NCBI GenBank assembly: GCA_017390185.1 | Contig: JAFPCM010000170.1 | Span: 1-52,522, forward strand | Direction of reading: 5' to 3' | Length of the DNA stretch: 52,522 bases | Source: Muribaculaceae bacterium | GTDB lineage: Bacteria > Bacteroidota > Bacteroidia > Bacteroidales > Muribaculaceae | Shown: positions 32,801-43,596 of the stretch, piece after piece | Numbering within the stretch: position 1 is the stretch's first letter | Layout of the letters: every line of letters begins with the position of its first letter | The notes under the pieces: generated by a model | Database searches by the model: none | The model's input: the letters and a program-made list of their open reading frames with translations, nothing else | Told to the model about the DNA's origin: nothing | Made by a program: the position numbers and the translations under genes

Positions 32801-35139
32801 TATCCTATGATGTTGAATTTTGCAAATTTAAGTAACAAAGTTTTTTCACCGACATTGGTAAATTGCACCACGATGCGAGCATCGGCCGATTGTGAGTCTA
32901 CTTTGGTGATTGTGCCAGTGCCAAATCGTGAGTGCTCTATTTTCATACCTACATTGAGGTTTTCGGCTTGGTGCATTGATTGCACTGATGGGGCCGAACT
33001 GCTCTTCAAAGGCTTGAAGTTGCCGCTTGGGCGTTGGGCGGGCGTGGGCTGTTGCATATTGCCAAATCGGCTGCTTGACGATTGGCTTTGGGACTGTCGT
33101 GGTTGCGTATGAAATGATGAGCGGTAGTTCTCTGCCGGATTTACGCGAGTAGATGACGAGCCTAACTCGCCGCTGTCTTTGATGAGCAGGTATTGCTTGT
33201 CTATGTCGCGTAAAAATCTTGAAGGAGAGCAATATACGGTCTGGCCGTTGCGATAACGAGATGACGCATATGTTATCATGCAGAATGTTTTTGCTCGGGT
33301 GATTGCCACATAAAGCAAGCGGCGTTCTTCTTCGATTTCGCTGAATGTTTCGCATCGTGATGAAGGAAATAATTCTTCTTCAACGCCAACGACAAAGATG
33401 TTGCCAAATTCAAGGCCTTTGGCTGCGTGTACAGTCATGAGCGTAACGCATTCGCCATTTGATTGGTCCTCGTCTTGGTCGGTTGCAAGCGACACTTCGG
33501 CAAGGAAGTCGGTGAGTTTGAGGTTGTCGGTCATGCCTTCTTCCATCTTGTTGGCTACAAACTCTTTGACACCGGTTTTTAGTTCGGCAATGTTTTCTTG
33601 CTTTGAAACGCTTTCGGGAGTGCGGTCACTTAACAAAATTGTGATCAACTGTGTGTCGCCGATAATTTTATCTGCTACAACATCGGCGTTAAGGCCTTGC
33701 TCGTTCATGTGATTGAACGATAGAATAAGGTCGCGGAATGCACTGAGCTTTTTTGCTGTGCCCGAGTTGATGCCTGTTTCGTAACTTGGAAGATTGTCAA
33801 TGATGTGCCAAATGCTTTTCTGATTGTCGATGGCACATCGAGTGAGTTTATTGAGTGTAGTGTCGCCAATCCCACGCGCAGGGTAGTTGATGACGCGTTT
33901 AAGAGCCTCGTCGTCATTGGGGTTGATAGACAGGCGGAAATAGGCTATGGCATCTTTGATTTCTTTGCGTTGGTAGAACGATAGTCCGCCATAAATGCGG
34001 TAGGGGATATTGCGTTTGCGCAATGACTCTTCAAGAACGCGCGATTGTGCGTTGGTGCGGTAAAGTACGGCAAATTCATCGTAACTGTCGTGAGTCATGA
34101 GTCGCTGTTGCGAAATGCGCGATGCGACAAGTGCACTCTCTTCAAAGTCGCTGTAGGCTTTAACAATCTCAATGCGTGAGCCTACTTCGTTGCATGAGAA
34201 AACCTGTTTGCGAATTTGCTCGGTGTTTTTCTCAATGAGTGAATTGGCCGCATTGATGATATTTTGAGTGGAGCGATAATTTTGCTCCAATTTGAATATC
34301 CGAAGGTTGGGGTAGGAGTTTTTGAGATTGAGAATGTTGCGAATGTTTGCACCGCGGAACGAATAGATGCTTTGAGCATCATCGCCCACTACGCAGAGAT
34401 TGTGGTTTTGTTGACAGATTTGCGAAACAATCAGATGTTGGGCAAAGTTTGTGTCTTGATACTCGTCTACCAATATGTAGCGGAAAAATTCTTGATAATG
34501 TTGTAAGATATCGGGATTATCACGCAACAGGACATTGGTGTAATAAAGCAGATCATCAAAGTCCATTGCTCCCGAAACGAAGCATCGTTGGTTGTATATG
34601 CGGTATATTTCGTGAAGGCGAGGGCGTTTTGCCTGACGGTCGGCTTCTATAATGTCGGCCGAAGTAGCATATTTTTGTGGCGAAATCAGAGCATTTTTTG
34701 CCATTGAAATAGCTGATGCTACAACCGAAGGCTTATATATTTTATCATCAAGATTCAAGTCCTTGATAATCATCTTGATGAGAGCCTTGCTGTCATTGGC
34801 GTCGTATATGGTAAAGTTGCTCTTAAATCCTAATCGGTCGGCATTAATGCGCAATATGCGTGAGAAAATCGAGTGAAAAGTGCCCATCCATAGCTTCGAC
34901 GCTATAGCCGGACCGACAAGTGACTCAATGCGTTCACGCATTTCGCGTGCAGCTTTGTTGGTAAAAGTCAATGCGAGAATGCGCCATGGCTCAAAACCGT
35001 GGTTGAGCAGATGGACAATTTTGTATGTTAGTACGCGTGTTTTTCCCGAGCCTGCACCGGCAATAACGAGTGCCGGGCCGTCGGTATATAGTACTGCATC
35101 TTGTTGCTGAGGGTTTAATTGACTGATATAATCTTCCAT
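32800..35139 (-). CDS. UvrD/PcrA/Rep-family ATP-dependent DNA helicase
   Basis: Walker A AGAGSGKTRVLT, DEYQDTN, and TVHAAKGLEF plus VAITRAK motifs. Low-complexity linker and a small C-terminal Tudor-like domain. The stop overlaps the nspC start (TAATG). Confidence 0.9.
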   Translation of the reverse strand: MEDYISQLNPQQQDAVLYTDGPALVIAGAGSGKTRVLTYKIVHLLNHGFEPWRILALTFTNKAAREMRERIESLVGPAIASKLWMGTFHSIFSRILRINADRLGFKSNFTIYDANDSKALIKMIIKDLNLDDKIYKPSVVASAISMAKNALISPQKYATSADIIEADRQAKRPRLHEIYRIYNQRCFVSGAMDFDDLLYYTNVLLRDNPDILQHYQEFFRYILVDEYQDTNFAQHLIVSQICQQNHNLCVVGDDAQSIYSFRGANIRNILNLKNSYPNLRIFKLEQNYRSTQNIINAANSLIEKNTEQIRKQVFSCNEVGSRIEIVKAYSDFEESALVASRISQQRLMTHDSYDEFAVLYRTNAQSRVLEESLRKRNIPYRIYGGLSFYQRKEIKDAIAYFRLSINPNDDEALKRVINYPARGIGDTTLNKLTRCAIDNQKSIWHIIDNLPSYETGINSGTAKKLSAFRDLILSFNHMNEQGLNADVVADKIIGDTQLITILLSDRTPESVSKQENIAELKTGVKEFVANKMEEGMTDNLKLTDFLAEVSLATDQDEDQSNGECVTLMTVHAAKGLEFGNIFVVGVEEELFPSSRCETFSEIEEERRLLYVAITRAKTFCMITYASSRYRNGQTVYCSPSRFLRDIDKQYLLIKDSGELGSSSTRVNPAENYRSSFHTQPRQSQSQSSSSRFGNMQQPTPAQRPSGNFKPLKSSSAPSVQSMHQAENLNVGMKIEHSRFGTGTITKVDSQSADARIVVQFTNVGEKTLLLKFAKFNIIG

Positions 35140-35183
35140 TTAATGCAAAGATAACTTCTTTGTTGTGTGTTAGCAAATAAATG

Positions 35184-35363
35184 TTACCAAAATTTGTTTA
35201 ACTCGGCATTATATTCCCAACCGCCTTGTGCGAGACGGTCGAGTAGCCATTGTTTGTCGATGTTCAAATCTTCGCATAATGCGTCGAGCGAAGAGTAATC
35301 GTCGCGCAATTTTGTGTTGATGTAACTGAAAAGTATAGTGATGTCTTGTGGTAGATTATCCAT
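35184..35363 (-). CDS. DUF4250-like small protein (59 aa)
   Basis: I start at MDNLPQDITILFSYINTKLRDDYSSLDALCEDLNID... (ATG at 35363). The longer ORF to 35468 would overlap the divergent gene and both promoters. Confidence 0.6.
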   Translation of the reverse strand: MDNLPQDITILFSYINTKLRDDYSSLDALCEDLNIDKQWLLDRLAQGGWEYNAELNKFW

Positions 35364-35383
35364 AATAATGTTATTTGGTAGTG

Positions 35384-35391
35384 CAAAAATA
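35384..35391 (-). promoter_or_regulatory. -7 promoter box (TATTTTTG) for the DUF4250-helicase transcription unit
   Basis: Exact TAnnTTTG on the minus strand, 21 nt upstream of the ATG at 35363. Confidence 0.45.
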
Positions 35392-35423
35392 ATATTAAAT
35401 TTGCATTTAGGAGTTGTTTGCCT

Positions 35424-35431
35424 TAACTTTG
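35424..35431 (+). promoter_or_regulatory. -7 promoter box (TAACTTTG) for the polyprenyl synthase gene
   Basis: Exact TAnnTTTG, 22 nt upstream of the ATG at 35454. Confidence 0.45.
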
Positions 35432-35453
35432 TAGAATATAATTTATCAACAAA

Positions 35454-36416
35454 ATGAAGACATCGCAATTTTTGGCCGATTATATCAATAAAGCCATATC
35501 AGAAATTCAATATCCCGCCTCTCCACGAGGCCTCTATGAGCCAATAGAGTATACTCTCGAAGGTGGAGGTAAACGCATTCGTCCCGTGCTTGCTCTTGCT
35601 GTTTGTGATGCATTGGGAGTATCGCTCGAAGCAGTTAAATATCAAGCGTTAGGTGTGGAAATGTTTCATAATTTCACGTTGCTCCATGATGATGTAATGG
35701 ACAAGGCCGATATGCGTCGAGGAAAGCCCACCGTTCACATTAAATGGAATGAATCAACGGCAATACTGTCGGGAGATGCGATGTTGACCATGGCTACGCA
35801 ACTTGTGTGTCGCAACGCTGGCGACAAAACCGCTGATGCGTTGGAATTGTTTAACCGTACGGCTATGGAAGTTTATGACGGTCAGCAATATGATATGGAT
35901 TTTGAAAGCCGAATGGATGTCACTGTTGATGAATATATCAATATGATCAGGCTCAAAACATCGGTATTGCTCGGATGTGCATGTGAGATGGGCGCTATTA
36001 TGGCCGGCGCAAATATGCAAGTTCGTAAGGCATTCTACAACTATGGATTGAAACTTGGTTTGGCTTTCCAATTACAAGACGATTTCCTTGATACATATGG
36101 CGATCCCGCAGTGTTTGGCAAGAAAATAGGTGGCGATATTCTTAACGATAAGAAAACTTGGCTACTGATTTCGGCACTTGAGCAAGATGAAAAAGGAGAA
36201 TTGGCTGCAATAATTGGAAAAGATATTGATGCCGAGGTTAAAATTGCCACTGTGAAAGGCGTTTATGATCGTCTTGATTTGGCTAATAAATGTCATGAAT
36301 TGATTGATCAATATGCAGCCGAGGCTATAGCTCATCTTGATGAGTTGAATCTTGATGCTGATGCTCGCGAGTTTTTTGTTGATTTGGCTCACAAATCGTG
36401 TCGCCGCACCCATTGA
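35454..36416 (+). CDS. Polyprenyl diphosphate synthase (trans-isoprenyl diphosphate synthase family)
   Basis: First and second Asp-rich motifs LLHDDVMD and LQDDFLD. GGKRIRP block. Confidence 0.85.
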   Translation: MKTSQFLADYINKAISEIQYPASPRGLYEPIEYTLEGGGKRIRPVLALAVCDALGVSLEAVKYQALGVEMFHNFTLLHDDVMDKADMRRGKPTVHIKWNESTAILSGDAMLTMATQLVCRNAGDKTADALELFNRTAMEVYDGQQYDMDFESRMDVTVDEYINMIRLKTSVLLGCACEMGAIMAGANMQVRKAFYNYGLKLGLAFQLQDDFLDTYGDPAVFGKKIGGDILNDKKTWLLISALEQDEKGELAAIIGKDIDAEVKIATVKGVYDRLDLANKCHELIDQYAAEAIAHLDELNLDADAREFFVDLAHKSCRRTH

Positions 36417-36425
36417 TAGGGAATT

Positions 36426-37193
36426 ATGTTAGTAGATACTCACACACATCTCTATCTCGAAGAGTTTCAGCCAACGCCTGAAGATGCTGTTCGTCGTGCT
36501 ATCGACTTGGGAGTGGAGCTAATGGTGTTTCCCAATGTTGATTTGAACACCATTGAACCGATGAAACGTTTGTGCTTCCAGTTTCCCGAAAATACCGTTA
36601 TGGCAATGGGATTGCACCCGACTGAGGTTAATGAAAACTGGCAAAGCGATTTGTCTGTAATTCAAAATGAATTGTCAAATGGCAACTATGTCGCGATAGG
36701 CGAAGTGGGAATTGATTTGTATTGGGATAAAACCTACCGCGAAGAGCAAAAACAAGTCCTTGATATTCAGTTGCAATGGGCCGTTGAACGCCAATTGCCT
36801 GTGATTTTGCATTGTCGCGAAGGTCTTGACGACATTTTGGAGGTAATGGACAAACGCAGCGGTAATCTGCCTCAATGTGTGTTTCACAGTTTTGGCGGAA
36901 CAGCCGATGATGTAATGCGTATTCGCGAGCGCGGTGATTTTTATTTCGGAATTAACGGAATTGTGACTTTCAAAAATTCAAAATTGCGTGAAGTTTTGGG
37001 CGTGATAGGCATAGATCGCATATTGCTTGAAACCGATGCTCCTTATTTGGCGCCCGTTCCTCATCGTGGCAAGCGAAATGAAAGTGCTTATATTGTTCAT
37101 ACGGCTGCATATATAGCAAATGAACTTAGTTTGACTCTTGACCAAGTCAAACAGGTTACGAGTCAAAATGCTCGTCGTTTTTTTAATCTTTGA
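36426..37193 (+). CDS. tatD: TatD-family metal-dependent hydrolase/DNase
   Basis: VDTHTHL, GEVGIDLY, HCRE, HSFGG and ETDAPYL motifs. Confidence 0.85.
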   Translation: MLVDTHTHLYLEEFQPTPEDAVRRAIDLGVELMVFPNVDLNTIEPMKRLCFQFPENTVMAMGLHPTEVNENWQSDLSVIQNELSNGNYVAIGEVGIDLYWDKTYREEQKQVLDIQLQWAVERQLPVILHCREGLDDILEVMDKRSGNLPQCVFHSFGGTADDVMRIRERGDFYFGINGIVTFKNSKLREVLGVIGIDRILLETDAPYLAPVPHRGKRNESAYIVHTAAYIANELSLTLDQVKQVTSQNARRFFNL

Positions 37194-37200
37194 TGTTTCC

Positions 37201-38472
37201 TTAAAACGCCTCGCCAATAGCGAATAGCACGCCTCGGGTGTGTTTGCCAAAGCCGAGGTCTACGCGTATATTTACGTTGTGTTTGAATTCCACGCGCAAC
37301 CCAACACCGTAGTTATATTGCCAACGCAGTTTTCGGTCTTTGTCCCAAATATCGTTGATTGACGGGAATAGTGATGCTGTGCCGCCCCAGGCGGTTATAC
37401 CAAAACGATACCAAATGTGTTGGCGCAGTTCCATTTGTGCGGTGATTTGATTTTTGTCAATAGTTGATCCCATGTAATAACCACGCATTCTAATGCCGTC
37501 CGAAGCCATCATTTCATACATTGTCCATGGCGTTTCAGAACTATTGAGTTTAGTGAAAAAGTCAAATGCTAATACCGAGCCTTTCCACAGTTTTTGATAA
37601 TAGTTCGCAATGATGTTGTGGCTATGGAATGTAGCATGTGCATTCCCTGCAAATTGTGGGTAAATCATTGGCTTGTAGGCAATATGAACACCGCGTGTTG
37701 GCGTTACCAAGTTGTCGCGAGTGTCAAGTTGTATAGAAAGACCTAAGCCTGTAACATAATATTCGCGCGGTTTGCCGAGCAGGTAATCGGGGTTGTCCAA
37801 TCTGTAGGCGTTGGTATAGTCGCATCGAAGTTGTGCGCCGATATCAAAAGCGTTATTTAACTTATAGGTATAGTCAAATTGGAAGTCAATTTGTCGTCGG
37901 TCGTATTTCGTTCTTGGATTAATTGCTGTTTCTTGTGCTGTAATACCCCAAAAATTAAGGTTTTTGCGATATATTTCTGACTTATAAGACAAGCGTGATT
38001 TGTTGTCAGAAAACAAATGGTTGCCTTTTATTGTCAGCACATAAAAACCGTTTAGAGAGGCGTTGAGCTGAACGAAAAAATCTGACGGATTGGGCAATGT
38101 GTCGTTTTTGTTAGCGCGATATAAGCCTGTCGCAATCGCTCCAAGTCCCCATCCGGCTTCTCGGGTATAAGTCGGAATTGCAGTAAAAGTCAAGTCTACA
38201 TTTTTTTCTCTTGTGCGGTCAACATTACCGCTGAGCAGTGAAACGAGGTAATTGCTCATCCAACTAGGCATTTTTTGCACAATGGGGAGCGACATAAGTA
38301 TCTCGGCTTCGGTAGGTTGATGGGTGTAGGTAATAGAATCATAGACAATAGGGATAAATTGCGCTGCTGCGACTGAGTCGGCGCGCAAGGAGTCTATTTG
38401 CTGTTTGTTTTGCCCTGATGCATTGAGCGCAGCAAGTAAAACAGTAAATAATATAAATGCTTTTATCCTCAT
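37201..38472 (-). CDS. Omp85/BamA-superfamily outer-membrane beta-barrel protein (surface antigen D15-like)
   Basis: Signal peptide, alternating beta-strand pattern, aromatic-rich C-terminus ending ...FAIGEAF (OMP beta-signal). Confidence 0.6.
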   Translation of the reverse strand: MRIKAFILFTVLLAALNASGQNKQQIDSLRADSVAAAQFIPIVYDSITYTHQPTEAEILMSLPIVQKMPSWMSNYLVSLLSGNVDRTREKNVDLTFTAIPTYTREAGWGLGAIATGLYRANKNDTLPNPSDFFVQLNASLNGFYVLTIKGNHLFSDNKSRLSYKSEIYRKNLNFWGITAQETAINPRTKYDRRQIDFQFDYTYKLNNAFDIGAQLRCDYTNAYRLDNPDYLLGKPREYYVTGLGLSIQLDTRDNLVTPTRGVHIAYKPMIYPQFAGNAHATFHSHNIIANYYQKLWKGSVLAFDFFTKLNSSETPWTMYEMMASDGIRMRGYYMGSTIDKNQITAQMELRQHIWYRFGITAWGGTASLFPSINDIWDKDRKLRWQYNYGVGLRVEFKHNVNIRVDLGFGKHTRGVLFAIGEAF

Positions 38473-38514
38473 TTAGTTAATGTTCTATTAATGAAGGTTA
38501 TAGAGTTAATGAGC

Positions 38515-38538
38515 AAAAGCCACGAAGTCGTGGCTTTT
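38515..38538 (-). terminator. Hairpin terminator after ftsH
   Basis: AAAAGCCACGAAGTCGTGGCTTTT, a perfect 10-bp stem with A/T arms, 17 nt past the ftsH stop. Confidence 0.6.
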
Positions 38539-38554
38539 GCAGTATATGAACTGA

Positions 38555-40612
38555 TTATTCTTCTTTCTTGGGCAATGGTGGGGGCGTAGAGATTTGACCA
38601 TCATTGCTGTTGGTATCGTCATTAGCTTTTGTTTCTTCCAATCGGGCTTTAGCTTCTTCGATGTCTTTGGCATTCTGCTCGATTTCGGCTTGTTCGGCAG
38701 CTTGTGCTTCAGCCGAACGCGCAGCGAGAATCTCGTCAGTGCGTGATGTCCATTGTCGTTTGCCAAAGATTTTTTCCACGTCTTCGGTAAATATAACCTC
38801 GTGTGTGAGCAATACATCGGTGAGTTGAGCATGACCTTCGGCATGTTGGCTCAAAATGTCTTTTGCTCGTTGGTATTGCTCTTCAATGATGCGAGAAACC
38901 TCTTCATCAATGATTTTAGCTCGTTCTTCGCTATATGGTTTAGAGAAGCCGTAGTTCTGACCTGTAGAGTCGTAGTAACTCAAATTGGGCAAACGCTCGC
39001 TCATGCCGAAGTAAACTACCATTGCATAAGCTTGTTTGGTTACTCGTTCAAGGTCATTTGCCGCACCGGTTGATACTCGGCCAAGGAACAGTTCTTCAGC
39101 TGCACGACCGCCAAGTGTTGCGCACATTTCATCAAGCATTGCTTGGGTTGTTGTGATTTGGCGTTCTTCGGGAAGATACCATGCAGCACCCAACGCTTTG
39201 CCGCGTGGAACAATGGTAACTTTGATGAGAGGATTGGCATATTGAAGATGCCATGAAAGAGTTGCGTGACCTGCTTCATGGATTGCAATCGAACGCTTTT
39301 CTTCGTCAGTAGTGATTTTAGAACGCTTTTCAAGACCACCGATAATGCGGTCAACGGCATCGATAAAATCTTGTCGTTCAACCGATGTTTTGTGCTGACG
39401 GGCAGCAATGAGGGCAGCCTCGTTACAAACATTGGCAATATCAGCGCCCGAGAAGCCTGGAGTTTGACGGGCGAGCAATTCAACATCAACAGAGTCGTCG
39501 ATTTTTACATTTTTAAGGTGAACGTTGAATATTGCGACGCGGTCGTTGAGGTCGGGCAATTCAACATAGATCTGACGGTCAAAACGGCCGGCGCGCATCA
39601 ATGCTTTATCAAGAATGTCGGCACGGTTTGTTGCAGCGAGGATGATTACACCGCTGTTTGAGCCGAAACCATCCATCTCGGTAAGCAACTGGTTCAATGT
39701 GTTTTCTCGTTCGTCGTTAGCGCCCATGCTTGGGTTTTTGCCACGGGCACGGCCAACAGCGTCGATTTCGTCGATAAACACGATACAAGGGGCTTTCTCT
39801 TTTGCTTGTTGGAAAAGGTCGCGAACGCGTGAAGCACCAACGCCGACAAACATTTCAACAAAGTCAGAGCCTGACATTGAGAAAAATGGCACATTTGCTT
39901 CACCAGCAACAGCCTTAGCCAAAAGAGTTTTACCCGTTCCGGGAGGGCCTACAAGCAATGCGCCTTTAGGGATTTTACCGCCAAGGTCAGTATATCTTTG
40001 GGGGTTTTTCAAAAATTCTACAATTTCTTCGATTTCGGTTTTGGCTTCAGATAAGCCGGCAACATCTTTGAATGAAACATTTACCGAGTTGTCTTTATCA
40101 TAGATTTTAGCCTTTGATTTGCCGACATTGAACACACCGCCAGAGCCGTTTTTGCCCGACATACCGCGCATAATGAAAAACCAAAAACCGATAAGGAGCA
40201 ATAATGGGCCCCACATCCAAAAACTCTGCCAAAAATCAACGGCTTTTTCATATTTTACTTCGCCCTTAAAAGCCCCTGATTCTTCCCACTCGGCAATTTT
40301 ATCTGCCATTTTGTCGGAAGAAGGAATTTGGGAATTGATAACGGCATTGACACTTGATCCGCTTTCAGATTGCTTTGGAAATAATACCGAGGCCATGGAG
40401 TCGGTTAATTGTGCTTCGGCCAAATTCTTGTTGCTGAAGATGGTTATGCTCTCAACACCACCATCTTTAACGCATTTTTCAAATTCGGTAAAACTCACTT
40501 CTTTTGACACTGAATTGTCGTCAAGTAAGTAAAAACCGATAAGTGCCACAATTACAATGGCATACATCCAGTATATACTAAATCTGAATGTGGGTTTCTT
40601 TTCTGGTTTCAT
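38555..40612 (-). CDS. ftsH: ATP-dependent zinc metalloprotease FtsH
   Basis: Two TM helices, AAA Walker [12 protein letters not shown] region, and zinc motif HEAGHA. Confidence 0.95.
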   Translation of the reverse strand: MKPEKKPTFRFSIYWMYAIVIVALIGFYLLDDNSVSKEVSFTEFEKCVKDGGVESITIFSNKNLAEAQLTDSMASVLFPKQSESGSSVNAVINSQIPSSDKMADKIAEWEESGAFKGEVKYEKAVDFWQSFWMWGPLLLLIGFWFFIMRGMSGKNGSGGVFNVGKSKAKIYDKDNSVNVSFKDVAGLSEAKTEIEEIVEFLKNPQRYTDLGGKIPKGALLVGPPGTGKTLLAKAVAGEANVPFFSMSGSDFVEMFVGVGASRVRDLFQQAKEKAPCIVFIDEIDAVGRARGKNPSMGANDERENTLNQLLTEMDGFGSNSGVIILAATNRADILDKALMRAGRFDRQIYVELPDLNDRVAIFNVHLKNVKIDDSVDVELLARQTPGFSGADIANVCNEAALIAARQHKTSVERQDFIDAVDRIIGGLEKRSKITTDEEKRSIAIHEAGHATLSWHLQYANPLIKVTIVPRGKALGAAWYLPEERQITTTQAMLDEMCATLGGRAAEELFLGRVSTGAANDLERVTKQAYAMVVYFGMSERLPNLSYYDSTGQNYGFSKPYSEERAKIIDEEVSRIIEEQYQRAKDILSQHAEGHAQLTDVLLTHEVIFTEDVEKIFGKRQWTSRTDEILAARSAEAQAAEQAEIEQNAKDIEEAKARLEETKANDDTNSNDGQISTPPPLPKKEE

Positions 40613-40625
40613 AACAAAAGATTAT

Positions 40626-40988
40626 TTAGTCAAGGTCGGGGATTTCGTTAATAACGGCGTCGCTCCACAATTCTTCAAGTTTGTAGAGTTGGCGCATTTC
40701 AGGTAAAAATACATGAACAAATGTGTGTCCGTAGTCAATCACAATCCATTGTGAATTTTGGTAGCCATCGTAATTGTAAGGCTTGATTTTTGCGTTTTCT
40801 TGCAAATACTCGCGAACGCTATCGGCAATGGCAGATACTTGCATGGTAGAAGTGCCTTGGCAGATAATGAAATTTTGGGCAGCAGCCGATTCGATGCCAC
40901 TGAGGTCAACATGTGTGATGCTGCGGCCTTTGCGTTCTTGGATACCCTCGATTACGAGTTTTACGAAGTCGGTTTTATTTTCAGTCAT
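40626..40988 (-). CDS. rsfS: Ribosome silencing factor RsfS
   Basis: 120 aa, ...ICQGTSTMQVSAIADSV...WIVIDYGHTFVHVFLPEMRQLYKLEELW, canonical RsfS/IojAP. Confidence 0.85.
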   Translation of the reverse strand: MTENKTDFVKLVIEGIQERKGRSITHVDLSGIESAAAQNFIICQGTSTMQVSAIADSVREYLQENAKIKPYNYDGYQNSQWIVIDYGHTFVHVFLPEMRQLYKLEELWSDAVINEIPDLD

Positions 40989-41084
40989 TTATTATTGATG
41001 TTTTTATATTTCTAAATTTATTTTGTCAAAGGAATTCAACAATCCTTGATGTTTAATGTATTAACAAAAAGAGTGCCAAAAAGG

Positions 41085-42338
41085 TTATTCATACCTGATG
41101 GTTTGAGCAGGATTGATTTTCGCGACGAGTTTTGATGGCAATATTAATGTCATGTATGATATTGCAATCACGCCCATGTTGAGCAAAATAATGTGTAACG
41201 CATTGATTTTGACGGGTACATAGCTCAAATAATATGACTCGGGGTCAAGTGGGAGTATATGGTATTGGCTTTGTAGCAAAAGTATGCTCAATCCGATGAT
41301 ATTGCCAATAATAAGTCCTTTTATCACAAGTCGTTGTGTCATGTTGATGAATATCTGTTGCAATTGTTGATCGGTTGATCCCATTGCTTTCATTACGCCA
41401 ATCATGTTCACGCGTTCAAGAATGATTATAAACATGCTTGAAATGAGGGTGAAGCAAGACACTATTGCCATCAGAATCAGAATTACAATAACATTCATGT
41501 CCAGCATGTTCAGCCAATTAAAATATATCGCACCGCGATAAAAAATGTTTTCTACGTTGTAGATTTTGCTTTCTTTGTTTTCGTAGTTGTTATTGTAAAT
41601 CTTTGAGATCAAATCAACAGTGGCGTTGTCAATCTCGTTGATGTTCAAGCCTCGGATTTCGATGTGAGAGCCCTTGTTGTTGTCAATGTTATTGAGTTTT
41701 TGAAGTGACGAGATATTGCAAAACACCATTAATTGGTCATATTCGCCAAAGTGAGATTCATATATGGCGGCTATCTCATATCGTCGCGGACGAATGTTGT
41801 TGTCGAGAAAATAGTAACCATAGATTTTATCTGACACTTTAAGATTTAGCTTTGAAGCTATTGGCTTTGAGATGATTATTTTGTTGGTATTTTCGCCGTC
41901 GGTATAGTCGGGGATATCTCCTTCAACCAAATTCTGACTTACAAACTCCCAGTTGTGTCGAGTGTCCATGCCTTTCATCACAACTCCCATAAAGTTGTCA
42001 TCGGTTTTGAGTATGCATGGCTGCTTGATGGCAAGTGATATCTCGGCATTTGGGGTAACTTCGCTTATGAGTGAAAGTAGTGTGTCATTGAGAGTTATGA
42101 CTTGTTCTTGGCTGTTGTCATATTGGGCAGTCATGGGCGAAACGGTGATTTGGGCGTCAAATCCAACCACCTTTTCGCGTATCTCATGCTTAAATCCTAA
42201 AATGACAGCAATGGCAATCATCATAATGACGATTGCCAAAGATGTGCCTGCAACGGCGATGTTTATGCTTGGCGACGCTTTTTGAGAGTTGTCACCTTTG
42301 AAACTTAATCGTCGTGCTATGAACAATTCAAATTTCAT
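41085..42338 (-). CDS. FtsX-like ABC transporter permease (LolC/E-like)
   Basis: MKFELFIARRL... N-terminal TM helix, a periplasmic MacB-like domain, and three C-terminal TM helices. Confidence 0.75.
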   Translation of the reverse strand: MKFELFIARRLSFKGDNSQKASPSINIAVAGTSLAIVIMMIAIAVILGFKHEIREKVVGFDAQITVSPMTAQYDNSQEQVITLNDTLLSLISEVTPNAEISLAIKQPCILKTDDNFMGVVMKGMDTRHNWEFVSQNLVEGDIPDYTDGENTNKIIISKPIASKLNLKVSDKIYGYYFLDNNIRPRRYEIAAIYESHFGEYDQLMVFCNISSLQKLNNIDNNKGSHIEIRGLNINEIDNATVDLISKIYNNNYENKESKIYNVENIFYRGAIYFNWLNMLDMNVIVILILMAIVSCFTLISSMFIIILERVNMIGVMKAMGSTDQQLQQIFINMTQRLVIKGLIIGNIIGLSILLLQSQYHILPLDPESYYLSYVPVKINALHIILLNMGVIAISYMTLILPSKLVAKINPAQTIRYE

Positions 42339-43534
42339 AATGTGCGTCCAGGGTAAGCTTTGAGTGCTTCGGCTAACACTTTGAGCGCTTTGCCTAGATC
42401 TTCTTTGTTGAGCACATACGCCATGCGAACTTCATTTCGGCCTACACCTTTGGTTGTGTAGAAGCCCGATGCGGGAGCCATGAATACGGTTTGACCTTCA
42501 TATTCAAAGTCACTCAAACACCATTCACAAAAACGGTCGGCATCATCCACTGGGAGGCTTACAACTGTGTAGAATGCGCCCATAGGAATGGGAGAGTAGC
42601 AGCCAGGTATGCGATTGAGTCCGTCAATAAGGAATTTGCGGCGCTCAACATATTCATTGTATGTCATGAGCATGTAATCTGAAGACGCATCGATTGACGC
42701 TTCTGCTACAATTTGTCCCAAAAGAGGGGGGCTCAAGCGTGCTTGGCAGAATTTCATCACATTTTTCTTCAGTTCTTTGTGTTTTGTGATGATTGCTCCA
42801 ATGCGAATTCCACATTCGCTATATCGTTTTGACACTGAGTCGATAAGTACAACCTGCTCTTCGATTTCAGGCAAGTGGAAAGCCGAAATATATGGTGCAC
42901 CTGTATAGCAAAATTCGCGATAAACTTCATCGGAGAACAAGAATAAATCATATTTCTTGACGATGTCGCGGATTTGGTTCATCTCTTTTTGTGTGTAGAG
43001 ATAGCCTGTGGGATTGTTGGGGTTGCAAATGAGGATACCCTTGGTTTTGGGCGTGATAAGAGCTTCAAATTTTTCTACAGGGGGGAGTGCAAAACCTTCA
43101 TCGATGCTTGAAGGCACTGTAACGATTTTGGCTCCTGCCGAAATGGCAAATGCCATGTAATTGGCATACGCAGGCTCGGGTACGATTATTTCGTCTCCGG
43201 GGTCAAGGCACGCCATGAAAGCAAACAAAACAGCCTCTGAACCACCAGTTGTTACGATGATATCGTCGACATCAACATTGATGTTGAAACGTTTGTAATA
43301 TTTTTCGAGTTTTTGGCGAAGTGTGAGAAGACCTTCTGACGGGCTGTATTCCAATACTTTGCGGTCAACAGACTTGAGAATATCCAATCCTTCTTTGGGT
43401 GAAGGAAGGTCGGGCTGGCCGATGTTGAGGTGATATACCTTAACGCCTCGTTCCTTTGCTGCATTTGATAAGGGAACAAGTTTGCGAATAGGTGATTCGG
43501 GCATTATTTGGCCACGTTGTGATATATTAGGCAT
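42335..43534 (-). CDS. Class I/II PLP-dependent aminotransferase (aspartate/aromatic type)
   Basis: 399 aa. NPNNPTG and SVSKRYSECGIRIG (PLP-lysine) motifs. The stop overlaps the permease start (ATGA). Confidence 0.8.
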   Translation of the reverse strand: MPNISQRGQIMPESPIRKLVPLSNAAKERGVKVYHLNIGQPDLPSPKEGLDILKSVDRKVLEYSPSEGLLTLRQKLEKYYKRFNINVDVDDIIVTTGGSEAVLFAFMACLDPGDEIIVPEPAYANYMAFAISAGAKIVTVPSSIDEGFALPPVEKFEALITPKTKGILICNPNNPTGYLYTQKEMNQIRDIVKKYDLFLFSDEVYREFCYTGAPYISAFHLPEIEEQVVLIDSVSKRYSECGIRIGAIITKHKELKKNVMKFCQARLSPPLLGQIVAEASIDASSDYMLMTYNEYVERRKFLIDGLNRIPGCYSPIPMGAFYTVVSLPVDDADRFCEWCLSDFEYEGQTVFMAPASGFYTTKGVGRNEVRMAYVLNKEDLGKALKVLAEALKAYPGRTL

Positions 43535-43563
43535 AGATATCTTAATTTACAATATTTAAACAA

Positions 43564-43571
43564 CAAAGTTA
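43564..43571 (-). promoter_or_regulatory. -7 promoter box (TAACTTTG) for the aminotransferase-permease operon
   Basis: Exact TAnnTTTG on the minus strand, 30 nt upstream of the ATG at 43534. Confidence 0.45.
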
Positions 43572-43596
43572 ACTAATTTATTGGTAAAATGCAATG

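Noticed and set aside
38506-38844. A 112-aa minus-strand ORF overlapping the 3' end of ftsH.
   Set aside because: It is an out-of-frame overlap with the FtsH C-terminal tail. The peptide is Lys/Pro-rich and low-complexity, and the ORF spans the ftsH terminator.
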